Origin: an uncultured Candidatus Saccharibacteria bacterium
GTDB taxonomy: Bacteria > Patescibacteriota > Minisyncoccia > Phycocordibacterales > Zambryskibacteraceae
Length of the DNA: 62,118 nt
NCBI GenBank assembly: GCA_964516975.1
Contig: CAZFAS010000003.1
Coordinates: 4,508 to 66,625 of the forward strand
Direction of reading: 5' to 3'
Shown here: positions 36,298 to 45,572 of the stretch, piece by piece
Position numbering within the stretch: position 1 is the stretch's first letter
Layout of the letters: every line of letters begins with the position of its first letter
Program-made: the position numbers and the translations under genes
Notes under the pieces: generated by a model
What the model was told of the DNA's origin: nothing
Database searches by the model: none
The model's input: the letters and a program-made list of their open reading frames with translations, nothing else

Positions 36298-36468
36298 ATG
36301 TTAAATCAAAATATAACTGTATCAGATGTTATCAACCAAGACAGCAATCTCGACATATTAATCAGAATATTACTGTATCAGATGTTACCTGCCAAAACAG
36401 CTATCTCAACATACAAAACACAATATTGCTGTATCAGATGTTATCAGCCAAGACAGCTACCTTGGCAT
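36298..36468 (-). repeat. three tandem 56-59-nt repeats, each containing a degenerate copy of the tRNA-Phe 5' end
   Basis: Units are 36298-36356, 36357-36412 and 36413-36468. The conserved core on the minus strand is AACATCTGATACAG(C/T)(A/T)ATATT. Each unit starts (minus strand) with a GCCAAGGTAGCTGTCTTGG-like sequence; the real tRNA starts GCCGAGGTAGCTCAGTTGG. Confidence 0.85.
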
Positions 36469-36472
36469 ATCT

Positions 36473-36721
36473 CTAAGGCTTTAGAATACTATTTATCTTC
36501 GTAGTTGCATCCCCCACGCTTCCATAAATACTACGCAATTGATCCATATAAGGCTGAATGATATACAATGAACCAATTGATACGGCAATAATTATTACCC
36601 AATACATAACCTGAATAAATCGATTCCAACGCATTGCACGCACCAACTTCTTTATAAGTCGATTATTTTCCTCTGAAAGTTCTAATGCTCTTTGGAGCTT
36701 TTGTTTATCGTCGTGATCCAT
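36473..36721 (-). CDS. hypothetical small membrane protein
   Basis: About 82 aa from ATG 36721. One TM helix (FIQVMYWVIIIAVSIGSLYII). No recognisable domain. Confidence 0.4.
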   Translation of the reverse strand: MDHDDKQKLQRALELSEENNRLIKKLVRAMRWNRFIQVMYWVIIIAVSIGSLYIIQPYMDQLRSIYGSVGDATTKINSILKP

Positions 36722-36784
36722 GGAATCTAGACTACTATACCAAATAACCAACGAAACTCAACACTATGAAATATCACGGAAATC

Positions 36785-36810
36785 TGGTGCCACCGGGAGG
36801 AATCGAACCT
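36785..36810 (-). repeat. displaced copy of the tRNA-Arg 3' end (T-arm to CCA)
   Basis: 26 nt identical to 36906-36931. On the minus strand it reads AGGTTCGATTCCTCCCGGTGGCACCA. It lies 95 nt downstream of the intact gene. Confidence 0.88.
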
Positions 36811-36905
36811 TACAGGTTCAGTACACCTTTCGTATCGTACTCGCTTCGCTCCGTGCGATATACTCAAGGTCTTCGATTCCTCCCAGCTAAGTATACTTAG
36901 CTATA

Positions 36906-36981
36906 TGGTGCCACCGGGAGGAATCGAACCTCCAACTATCCCTTAGGACGGGACTGTTATAATCCATTTAACTACGGCAGC
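36906..36981 (-). tRNA. tRNA-Arg (anticodon CCU), CCA encoded
   Basis: Reverse complement is GCTGCCGTAGTTAAATGGATTATAACAGTCCCGTCCTAAGGGATAGTTGGAGGTTCGATTCCTCCCGGTGGCACCA. The cloverleaf has two G-U pairs in the acceptor stem. The anticodon loop is GTCCTAA, with an unusual G at position 32. Confidence 0.8.
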
Positions 36982-37034
36982 AAAAAGTCACTATATCATA
37001 TCAAAAAAGCCACCGGTACTCCGATGGCTTTTTA

Positions 37035-37274
37035 TTATTTCGCTAAACCAAGAAGTTCCGTAAGTCGAGGCTTATCAAAACCAACGACTAATTCCCCATC
37101 TACAAGGATAACTGGAACTCCCATTTGTCCGCTCTTTTCAACCATCTCTTTTCTCTTCTCAAGATCAGTAGCGACATTGTGCTCTGCATACTGAATACCG
37201 TTCTGAGCAAAAAACTCCTTTGTTGCCTTGCAGTAAACACATGATGGTGTTGTAAATATTTCTACTTGTTTCAT
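37035..37274 (-). CDS. glutaredoxin-like (NrdH/YruB-type) redox protein
   Basis: 79 aa. CVYC active site in TTPSCVYCK, with GVPVILVDG. A hairpin terminator lies downstream at about 37005-37033. Confidence 0.8.
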   Translation of the reverse strand: MKQVEIFTTPSCVYCKATKEFFAQNGIQYAEHNVATDLEKRKEMVEKSGQMGVPVILVDGELVVGFDKPRLTELLGLAK

Positions 37275-37340
37275 TCTTGATATATTTATTTTATAAGCTC
37301 AAAAAGTATAACATAGGCTATGTTTTCATGACAAATACAG

Positions 37341-37411
37341 TGCGAGTAGGGAGAATCGAACTCCCGCCCGATGCTTGGGAAGCATCAGTTCTACCACTAA
37401 ACTATACTCGC
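37341..37411 (-). tRNA. tRNA-Gly (anticodon CCC)
   Basis: Reverse complement is GCGAGTATAGTTTAGTGGTAGAACTGATGCTTCCCAAGCATCGGGCGGGAGTTCGATTCTCCCTACTCGCA. Confidence 0.92.
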
Positions 37412-37427
37412 ATATACATATAAACGT

Positions 37428-37808
37428 CTAAAAGATACCACTAATCCAGTCACTAATTTTTGACCAAAAACCCTTTTCCCTGACTGTAGGAGTTGAAGTC
37501 GCTTGTGACTCTACAACCAGTACCACTTCCTCACCCGCCTTCTTCACATTATATTTCGTACGAATCTCATTTTCCACTCCATCAGGAGAATTAAGGCGAT
37601 TTAAGTTATTTTCAAGTTCTGCCTGTCGAAGTTTTGCATTAGCTAATTTTTTCTCAACCTCAATCATGTTTTGTCTACTTTGTTTCTCTTTTTGATACAT
37701 AGACACGCCCCCTTTAAGCAAGAGAAGGGTCACCAATAACAAAACAACGACTGACACCTTTGAGTAGACCATTCTTCTCATTTTTTTCTTTTGTTGAAAG
37801 TCCAGCAT
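37428..37808 (-). CDS. septum formation initiator (FtsB/DivIC-like) protein
   Basis: 126 aa. N-terminal TM helix followed by a coiled coil (QNMIEVEKKLANAKLRQAELENNLNRL). Confidence 0.55.
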   Translation of the reverse strand: MLDFQQKKKMRRMVYSKVSVVVLLLVTLLLLKGGVSMYQKEKQSRQNMIEVEKKLANAKLRQAELENNLNRLNSPDGVENEIRTKYNVKKAGEEVVLVVESQATSTPTVREKGFWSKISDWISGIF

Positions 37809-37849
37809 ATTATTGGTAGTCTTACTATTATACTAATAAAATATACTAT

Positions 37850-37957
37850 ATGCTTTTCGATCGAAAACATAAAAAGAAGGTCCAACTGATATGGTCAATC
37901 CTTGTCGTCCTTATTATACTCAGTATGATTCTTTTATATGCACCTATTTTTGTTTAA
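37850..37957 (+). CDS. possible 35-aa membrane micropeptide
   Basis: ATG ... TAA encoding MLFDRKHKKKVQLIWSILVVLIILSMILLYAPIFV. It ends 3 nt before the GTG start of the next gene. Support is only ORF plus hydrophobicity. Confidence 0.25.
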   Translation: MLFDRKHKKKVQLIWSILVVLIILSMILLYAPIFV

Positions 37958-37960
37958 ACC

Positions 37961-38977
37961 GTGAAAGACACTTTCAAAATAGTAAAAGAATACAAAATAG
38001 TTGCCGCTTCCCTTTTGATTATTGGGCTTATTGCTGGTTCACTAATTGGTAAATATTTTCTTCGGGCGACAACACAAAATCAAGATTGTTTAAGTGACCT
38101 GCACTTCATCAATCCAGGATTAAATTGCACAACAGCCGATATTAAGGGAACTAATCTGACGAATCTGGAAAATAAAATTAATGTACTAGTATCAAGTTAT
38201 ACAAATACAGACAAAGCAAACCGAGTATCAGTATTCGTAAGAGACCTAGATTCTAAAAGATTTTTAAGTATAAATGACAACGAGACTTTTGACATGGCAA
38301 GCTTACTCAAGCTTCCCCTTGTAATTGGCGGTTTTAAACTTGCTGAAGTTGAACCACTAATTCTCAACCAAGAAATAACGTATACTGGCACATTAGATCT
38401 AAACCAAGAACAAGAATACAAACCGGAGATTAAGTTAGAAACCGGACAAAAATATACAGTAAAAGAACTCATGAAAAGGGCAATAGATTACTCTGATAAT
38501 AATGCTGCTCAAATGCTCTTTGATTATTACCCTAAAGAATTCATGGATCGGATTATGCAGGCACTCGGAATTTCAATTTCTAGACCAAATGGTGAAAAAG
38601 AAAACCTTATAACTGCAAGGGCACTATCTGGAGTATTTCGAACTCTATACAACTCAGCATATCTAACTCGAGAATATTCAAACGAAACACTTTCAATCTT
38701 AACTCAAACTGCTTACAAAGGTGGTATGGTTTCTATTGTTCCCAAGGGTACTGTCGTAGCGCATAAATTTGCAGAAAGAACACAAGGAAATAATGACGGC
38801 ATAGGCACAAAATACAGACAACTTCATGATTGCGGAATCGTATATGCAAACAATGGTAAAGAATCTTTTATTTACTGCATCATGACCGAAGGTAGTGATT
38901 TCTCAAATCTAGAAAAAATCCAAACTGAAATTGCCTCAGAAATATATCAAACCATGATTAATAGTGGTTCAAATTAA
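37961..38977 (+). CDS. membrane-anchored class A beta-lactamase-like serine hydrolase (paralog of 23178-24227)
   Basis: GTG start and a TM helix. SxxK (ASLLKLP), SDN (YSDNNAAQ) and a KTG-like HKFA. Confidence 0.65.
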   Translation: MKDTFKIVKEYKIVAASLLIIGLIAGSLIGKYFLRATTQNQDCLSDLHFINPGLNCTTADIKGTNLTNLENKINVLVSSYTNTDKANRVSVFVRDLDSKRFLSINDNETFDMASLLKLPLVIGGFKLAEVEPLILNQEITYTGTLDLNQEQEYKPEIKLETGQKYTVKELMKRAIDYSDNNAAQMLFDYYPKEFMDRIMQALGISISRPNGEKENLITARALSGVFRTLYNSAYLTREYSNETLSILTQTAYKGGMVSIVPKGTVVAHKFAERTQGNNDGIGTKYRQLHDCGIVYANNGKESFIYCIMTEGSDFSNLEKIQTEIASEIYQTMINSGSN

Positions 38978-40768
38978 TTAATCTGAACGCATCATCTTTA
39001 AAAACACATCATGAGGTATATTTACTTTCCCCCTTTCCTTCATTTTAGCCTTACCTCTCTTTTGTTTTTCCCAAAGTTTCTTTTTTCGAGTGATATCTCC
39101 GCCATATAAGTACCCAGTAACATCTTTTTTAAGAGCCGAAACTGTGCGCGACGAGATAATCCTTCCAAGCGCCTTCGCTTGAATTTTTGTAACAAACATC
39201 TGGCGAGGAAGTATCGAGAAGAGTTTCTCTACAGTGGACTCAGCTTCAGTTTCTACCAACCTTCTTGATACTACTCTAGAAAAGGCAGGCACTATCTCAT
39301 CAGCCACAAGAACATCAAGTCTCACCACATCGGCCTCTTTCATTCCCGCAATCTCATAAGATACCGACGCGAAACCTGAAGAAACACTTTTCATTTTATC
39401 GAAGAAATTACGCATTAATTCTCGAAGCGGCATTTCAAGTGTTATTGATGTTCTACTATCACCAAATGTTTCCGACTGACCCACAACTGCCTCATGTTCA
39501 AATAATAACTGCATAATTGACCCTACATATTGCGCTGGTGTGATTACCACAACCTTTGCCCAAGGTTCATGCACACTCTCGATATTTGATTCTTCAGGGA
39601 AAAATACTGGCGAATACACTGTCTGTTTCTTTTTATTTTTTAAAGTCACCTCATAGGTAATACTTGGTAACGTAATAATAAGACTCAAATTAAACTCGCG
39701 TCTTAATCTTTCAGTAATAATCTCAAGGTGCAACATACCAAGAAAACCACAACGAAACCCTCTTCCAAGTGCTCCCGAGGATTCTTCATCATAAGAAAAT
39801 GACGAATCAGAAAGTCTGAGACGAGAAAGTGCTTGTTTTAACGGAGTAAAATCGTCCTGACTTTCTGGGTAAATAGATGCCCACACAACAGGTCGTGGAG
39901 TCATGTACCCAGCTAACGGCGCGTGCGCATCGCCAAACTTTGAAATTGTTTCCCCCACAGAAGCAATACCAGGCTCCTTAATGCCAGTAACAATATATCC
40001 AATCTCCCCTGATGAAAGTTTTTCCCTTGGTGTTTCTTCGGGTGAGAATGTTCCAACCTCAAGAGAAGTGAATCTCTCACCGGCAACTTGAAAAGAGAGC
40101 GCTTCCCCCTTTTTTACTTCCCCGTTTACAACGCGAATAAAAACGATTACCCCTTTATGGTTAGAATACTTAAAATCAAACACAAGACTACGAAATGTTT
40201 TTGATTCGGATAATTCATCTTTTGGAGGAGCTATCCTTTCAATAATTGCCTGAAGTAGCCTTTCTACTCCCTCTCCCGTTCTTCCAGAAACTTCGAGAAT
40301 ATCTGACTCCTGACAATGAATAAGTTTTGCAACCTCTTCTTTAACCTCCTTTACTCTCGCAAGTGGCGAATCAATCTTACTAACTACAGGTATAATAGTG
40401 AGCCCAGCATCCTGTGCCATGCTTAGCGTTGTGAGTGTTTGTGCTTGTACCCCTTGAGTGGCATCAACAAGCAATAATGACCCTTCCACGGCCTTGAGGG
40501 CACGAGATACCTCGTATGAGAAATCTATATGTCCTGGAGTGTCAATAAGATTTAGAACGTGTCTTTCCCCTTTATATTCATATTCCATTCGCACAGGCTG
40601 CATTTTAATCGTAATACCACGCTCCCGCTCAAGCTCCATAGTATCAAGCACCTGATCACGCATTTTTCGCATTTCTACGGTATGCGTAATTTCAAGCATC
40701 CTATCCGCTAAGGTGCTTTTCCCGTGGTCTATATGAGCAATAATGCTGAAATTCCGAATATTTTTCAT
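38978..40768 (-). CDS. lepA: translation elongation factor 4 (LepA)
   Basis: IIAHIDHGKSTLADR, DTPGHIDF, and a LepA-specific C-terminal domain. ATG at 40768 is chosen. Confidence 0.95.
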   Translation of the reverse strand: MKNIRNFSIIAHIDHGKSTLADRMLEITHTVEMRKMRDQVLDTMELERERGITIKMQPVRMEYEYKGERHVLNLIDTPGHIDFSYEVSRALKAVEGSLLLVDATQGVQAQTLTTLSMAQDAGLTIIPVVSKIDSPLARVKEVKEEVAKLIHCQESDILEVSGRTGEGVERLLQAIIERIAPPKDELSESKTFRSLVFDFKYSNHKGVIVFIRVVNGEVKKGEALSFQVAGERFTSLEVGTFSPEETPREKLSSGEIGYIVTGIKEPGIASVGETISKFGDAHAPLAGYMTPRPVVWASIYPESQDDFTPLKQALSRLRLSDSSFSYDEESSGALGRGFRCGFLGMLHLEIITERLRREFNLSLIITLPSITYEVTLKNKKKQTVYSPVFFPEESNIESVHEPWAKVVVITPAQYVGSIMQLLFEHEAVVGQSETFGDSRTSITLEMPLRELMRNFFDKMKSVSSGFASVSYEIAGMKEADVVRLDVLVADEIVPAFSRVVSRRLVETEAESTVEKLFSILPRQMFVTKIQAKALGRIISSRTVSALKKDVTGYLYGGDITRKKKLWEKQKRGKAKMKERGKVNIPHDVFLKMMRSD

Positions 40769-40807
40769 TGAAGCCAATTCTATACGAGAACCCAACTTAC
40801 GCAAAGC

Positions 40808-42484
40808 CTATACAACCTGAGAGTCAGGTGAAATAATTTTTGCTTTCCAAATTTTCTGCTGAATAACTCTTGTAATATCACTCAGCTCTTTACTCTTCAG
40901 TAATTTAAGAATTAGTAAACATACAATAATTCCGATAATTCCTGAAAATAGTCCTTGCAAAAAGACACCTAAAAATGTATCAAGCGAGAAAATGTTATCG
41001 AATACCCGGAGTGAGAGAAATATAGCGAAGCCCATAATAACTGAAGCGGAGAAAGACTGAAACAGAGTCCTAAAAATTTCACGAGAAAATCCCTTCACAT
41101 ATCTACTAAAGAGCATCCACATAAGAATTCCATCTATTATTGATCCGAGTGTAAAACCTAGCGGGAGCATAAGAACACTCGCCCCTTGAATATCAGGAAC
41201 CTTAAAAAGCGCTTCAAAGAAAAATCTAAACGTAACGAACTGTAGAAATGCTTTATAGAAACAGTATGAAGACACAATCATTATCCCCCCAGAAACAAGG
41301 TTGATGTAGAATGGCTTACCAGTAGTCCCGATAGCATACAATCCTCGAACAAATAATAGAATCAGGGCCTGAAATACTAGAGAAACTACAAAGAGTGCAA
41401 GCGCTGCAGCAGTTAACCGTGTATCATTCCAATCAAACTTGCCTGCGCCAAGTACGACACGTACTATATGTGCCCGAAGTACAATAAAAAGTACTGAACA
41501 CGGCACTGACCAAAATATTATATGCTGAGCTGATGAAACAAACTGCTGAAGAAATGACTCTTTCTGACCATTCACATATAGTCTTGAAAGCGTCGGAAAT
41601 GCAGCAAGAGAATAACTCACACCAATAATAGATAACGGTACTGACTGAAGATTGAATGCGAGATTAAACACTGAGATGGATCCAGCTGCCATAAGTGATG
41701 CGATAGAGAGCATAAAGAATATCGCTACATGGTTAATCGAAAGAGTAATCGTGCGTGGAAACGAAAGTAGTGCCAGCTTTCTTATTACTGCAAAGTCTGG
41801 CTTAAATGTAAATCTCGGAACGTACCCGATATGTATTGCTGATGGAACCTGAATGAGTATATGTAGCAATGCACCCAATATTACCCCCAGAACTAATCCT
41901 ATCAAACCGAAGTGCGGATAAAAGAAAAGTAAGCCAATAATTATTCCTAGGTTGTAGAGCAGTGGACTAAGCGCATACACAAGAAATCGTTGATGTGACT
42001 GCGTCAAACTTCCAAAAAGGTTTGATATTCCAAGAAGTATAGGAGACATTAAGAGGATTCTTGTTGTTAACACAAGAGTATTCATATCAACACCTCGTAT
42101 ACCAGGGAAAAGCTTTGGTAAGATAAACGGCAAAACGAAGAATACTATTATGCTTACTACCCCAAGAAATACCACATAAAACGTGAACACACTATTGAGG
42201 AATTCCTGTGCCTTATCTTTCCCATGCCCCTCTGCTTCAACAAGAAATGGTATGAGGATTGACATCGATACGAGTGAACCTACTGTAACAAACAAGAAAT
42301 CAGGAACTCTAAATGATGCATAGTAGAGATCAAGTGAAGCATTCGCCCCAAAAGTGAATGCGAGTAATTTATCACGAACAAGAGCCAAAATCTGAGAAAG
42401 AAGAGCGAAAAAACCTAAAAGAAATGCCGCCTGATGAAGGCCTGGCATTTCTTTGTTTAGGAAAGACAAAATCTTATTAACCAT
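40808..42484 (-). CDS. murJ: lipid II flippase MurJ
   Basis: 558 aa with about 14 TM helices. MviN/MurJ-type N-terminus (LLGFFALLSQILALVRDKLLAFTFGANASLDLYYASFRVPDFLF). Confidence 0.85.
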   Translation of the reverse strand: MVNKILSFLNKEMPGLHQAAFLLGFFALLSQILALVRDKLLAFTFGANASLDLYYASFRVPDFLFVTVGSLVSMSILIPFLVEAEGHGKDKAQEFLNSVFTFYVVFLGVVSIIVFFVLPFILPKLFPGIRGVDMNTLVLTTRILLMSPILLGISNLFGSLTQSHQRFLVYALSPLLYNLGIIIGLLFFYPHFGLIGLVLGVILGALLHILIQVPSAIHIGYVPRFTFKPDFAVIRKLALLSFPRTITLSINHVAIFFMLSIASLMAAGSISVFNLAFNLQSVPLSIIGVSYSLAAFPTLSRLYVNGQKESFLQQFVSSAQHIIFWSVPCSVLFIVLRAHIVRVVLGAGKFDWNDTRLTAAALALFVVSLVFQALILLFVRGLYAIGTTGKPFYINLVSGGIMIVSSYCFYKAFLQFVTFRFFFEALFKVPDIQGASVLMLPLGFTLGSIIDGILMWMLFSRYVKGFSREIFRTLFQSFSASVIMGFAIFLSLRVFDNIFSLDTFLGVFLQGLFSGIIGIIVCLLILKLLKSKELSDITRVIQQKIWKAKIISPDSQVV

Positions 42485-42523
42485 AAGGTATTACTCACAC
42501 TGTGAAACAAGCACGATCTCTGC

Positions 42524-44938
42524 CTAATTTGACTGCTCGAGTGGAAGTTTGTCTCTTTTTTCTGGCTTACTAGTTATTGGCGGTTTTGCGTTTGCAAATG
42601 GTTCTCTTCCTGCCTCAAGATTTGTCACAATAAGCTTTAGCTCTTCATTATTTGGATTTGTTACGAGAAGATCCTTAAACTGCTGGATTGCTGCACCCTT
42701 TTCACCAACTTTTAATAGTGTAAGTCCTAAGAAATACTTCGCATTCGCATAATCAGGAACCGCTTGAATAGCTTGCACAAATGCAACTCCCGCACCATTA
42801 TAATCAGCATCATTATACTTAAGTAAACCAAGCTGGAACAAAAGTCCTGCATTATTTGGCACAAGAAGTGTTGTTGTCTCAAGTGAAGGAATAGCTTTCG
42901 AAAGATTGCCTTCTGTTACTTCAATCTGAGCAAGCAAGAAATGTGCTTCAGCGTAATTTGGTTTCTCAGCAATAGCTTTATTAACAAACTCCCTTGCCTG
43001 TTTCAAATCATTGTGTGCAACTTCAAGTCGTGCAAGAAGGAGTAGAATTACAGGACTATGAGGATTAGTTGCGAGAGCTTGTTCATATGTCTTTCTAGCA
43101 TTTTCGTACGCACCAGGAATAGCAAATGGCTGTGGAACAAGCGCTGCGTACACTCGAGCGAGTGATATCCAGTTCTGATAGTTTGATGGATCAACCTCTG
43201 TTGCCTTTTTCGCACTTTCGATTGTTTTTGCAAGTATTTGCTGGAACTCTTTTCTGACAGAATCAGGAGTTGCTCCTGGCTTAGAAAGTAGAGTATCGAT
43301 TCTCACTAAATCTAATTCTGAAAGCCCTCGATAGAAAGTGTCATATCCACCTGAATTAATTGCCTCTGCAATCATAGCTTCTGCCGCATCAGCATTCTGA
43401 TCCTTCTGGTATGCGAGAATACTTTTTTGAAATGTCGCAAGTGACATTGATTTCTGAGCGATGGTATAGCCAAGCGTAAGACTAGCAAGCAGAAGAGCAA
43501 CGAGCACGAGCACTGAAACAAAAGAAAGCTTAGGATGACGTGCGAGATTGAAATCCGCTCTCTTTAATAGTTTCTCACGATACAAAGATGCTATGAATAA
43601 ACCTGTGAATCCGAAAGCAAAAGTAAAGGTCGACATCGTCGTAACATACAAACATGACATTACCCAGAAATACAGTGCAACCATAAACGATGAGGTTACC
43701 AAGTACCTTGAAAGCAAATCGGAGATTGAATAGAAAATTGCCCTTACACCAGCCCATATAAACAATACAAGGAAGAGTAACCATGACAACAGACCAAGAA
43801 TACCTGTGTTAACTACGAGCGTAGGGATTAAACCGATTCCGTACACGAAATCAGTATTCCAAAACACTGTTTCATTGATACCTGCAGGCTTATATTTTAG
43901 CCATACCTTATTGAAAGAGTTTGGACCTGAGCCAACAAGTGCCTTGTCCTTCATAGAATCCTTAAAAACCATATATGTTGCTGTCCATGATGGTCTAACT
44001 TCAACACTTGCCACATCAAACTTCTTTGAAATCTTTTCACCAAGTGAGGCACCAGAAAATACAAACAATAGAGAAAGTACAAGTAAAGCAAGTGAAGTGT
44101 ATGAAACTTTCTTTTCGTATCCTCTACCTTGTATCCCACCATATACTGAGTTCGTAACACTTGTATTTGCTAGATTTGGAGCAAATTTATCAAATGAGAC
44201 AATGTACACAAACATAATGAGAGCAAAAACAGCAAGTACGACCCACACTGCGCCAAAGTTCACGAGTGCCAAGAAAAACAGTGACAAAACAAATGCCACA
44301 TAAAGAAGTGATCGATAAAGCTTGCTAAGCTGAAGCATTTCCAAACTTATAAGAGAGAGTAAAGAAATACCACCAAGGAATACACCGAAATCATTCCAGC
44401 TACCAATAAAATTTGAGATACGATTTGTGAACAGTCCAAAAGATAGAGTATCTGCTGATCCGAGTAAACGAACAACATGAAATACTGCAATTAAACCGAA
44501 AGCTACGAAAAATCCTTTGTATGTTGTTAATTGTCGTCCTGTATTTTGGAATAGTTCACCAAGCAAAAACACAAGTACAACTGCTATAGCGAGATACGCG
44601 ACTGTTCCAACTTCAAAACCAAAACCAAGTAGCCCAGTGCTGCTAGTGCTATTTGCAAATGCTGATATCAAACTTGTAACAGGTACTAAAATCAAAGACA
44701 GGAAAAGCAAGCTCTTAGGTAGCGATAGCTTTCCAGCCTTAATGAGAGAGACGATATAAAACGCAAGCCCAACTACAGTTCCAATCCCGACAAGTAAACC
44801 TTTTCCAGCCTGTAATGAATAATTCTGAGATGGTACGAAGAAAAATGGTAATAAAAACATAGTAATACCGAGTACAAGATATGCAATCTTCTCGAGTAAC
44901 CCTGATTTTTCTGCGCTCTGATGTGTGGTTTCTTCCAT
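42524..44938 (-). CDS. O-antigen ligase-like polytopic membrane protein with C-terminal TPR repeats
   Basis: 804 aa. The N-terminal ~480 aa are multi-TM. The C-terminal ~300 aa carry TPR-like repeats (AEAHFLLAQIEVTEGNLSKAIPSLE, ANAKYFLGLTLLKVGEKGAAIQQFK). Confidence 0.55.
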   Translation of the reverse strand: MEETTHQSAEKSGLLEKIAYLVLGITMFLLPFFFVPSQNYSLQAGKGLLVGIGTVVGLAFYIVSLIKAGKLSLPKSLLFLSLILVPVTSLISAFANSTSSTGLLGFGFEVGTVAYLAIAVVLVFLLGELFQNTGRQLTTYKGFFVAFGLIAVFHVVRLLGSADTLSFGLFTNRISNFIGSWNDFGVFLGGISLLSLISLEMLQLSKLYRSLLYVAFVLSLFFLALVNFGAVWVVLAVFALIMFVYIVSFDKFAPNLANTSVTNSVYGGIQGRGYEKKVSYTSLALLVLSLLFVFSGASLGEKISKKFDVASVEVRPSWTATYMVFKDSMKDKALVGSGPNSFNKVWLKYKPAGINETVFWNTDFVYGIGLIPTLVVNTGILGLLSWLLFLVLFIWAGVRAIFYSISDLLSRYLVTSSFMVALYFWVMSCLYVTTMSTFTFAFGFTGLFIASLYREKLLKRADFNLARHPKLSFVSVLVLVALLLASLTLGYTIAQKSMSLATFQKSILAYQKDQNADAAEAMIAEAINSGGYDTFYRGLSELDLVRIDTLLSKPGATPDSVRKEFQQILAKTIESAKKATEVDPSNYQNWISLARVYAALVPQPFAIPGAYENARKTYEQALATNPHSPVILLLLARLEVAHNDLKQAREFVNKAIAEKPNYAEAHFLLAQIEVTEGNLSKAIPSLETTTLLVPNNAGLLFQLGLLKYNDADYNGAGVAFVQAIQAVPDYANAKYFLGLTLLKVGEKGAAIQQFKDLLVTNPNNEELKLIVTNLEAGREPFANAKPPITSKPEKRDKLPLEQSN

Positions 44939-45160
44939 ATATGAATGTATAAAAAACTATTAATAAAAACTTTGTATCTCATAATGATATAGGAATATGA
45001 AACCCATATCAAATCAGGAGTGTTAATTATTATATCCTTATTTTAAGCCATATTATAGACTATTCATAACTACATGAAACGGCAATTTTTTATTAAAAAA
45101 TTCGAAATAGGTAAAAATTAAATTGTTTGATTTTTTCTTATTTTATGATATTATTTGTTA

Positions 45161-45510
45161 GTTGTATCAGGTGATCGCTATTTCAAAAATGAAATAGAGG
45201 AAAGTCCGAACACGTGTATATATAATATACAGGACAGTAGCAGGTAATACCTGCCCGGAGTAATCCGCGCGATGCGAACAGTGACGCTTCCAATCGAAAG
45301 AACGGAGGCTCCAAGATTCTCTTGGATGATTCACATAGTAATATGTGGAGTGCAACGGCTAAATTCGTACTTACGTGCAAGACCGTACTCATATAGAAAT
45401 ATATGTTTGTGTCGCTTGAGGTGTATTGTGAAATACATCCCAGATAAATGATCATCGCATACCCCTATTTTTAATAGGTGTATGTACAGAATTCGGCTTA
45501 TCGATACAGC
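45161..45510 (+). ncRNA. rnpB: RNase P RNA
   Basis: P1 pairing 45161-45168 with 45503-45510. P3 hairpin CTATTTC-AAAAA-TGAAATAG. P4 strand GAGGAAAGTCCGAACAC and the 3' conserved ACAGAATTCGGCTTA. Confidence 0.85.
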
Positions 45511-45520
45511 ATAAAATAAT

Positions 45521-45545
45521 AAAAACTCGCCTAAAGCGAGTTTTT
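45521..45545. terminator. bidirectional intrinsic terminator (rnpB and the LamG/giant-protein gene string)
   Basis: AAAAACTCGC-CTAAA-GCGAGTTTTT. Confidence 0.7.
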
Positions 45546-45572
45546 ATTATTTTATCGTTAAATAATTAATAC

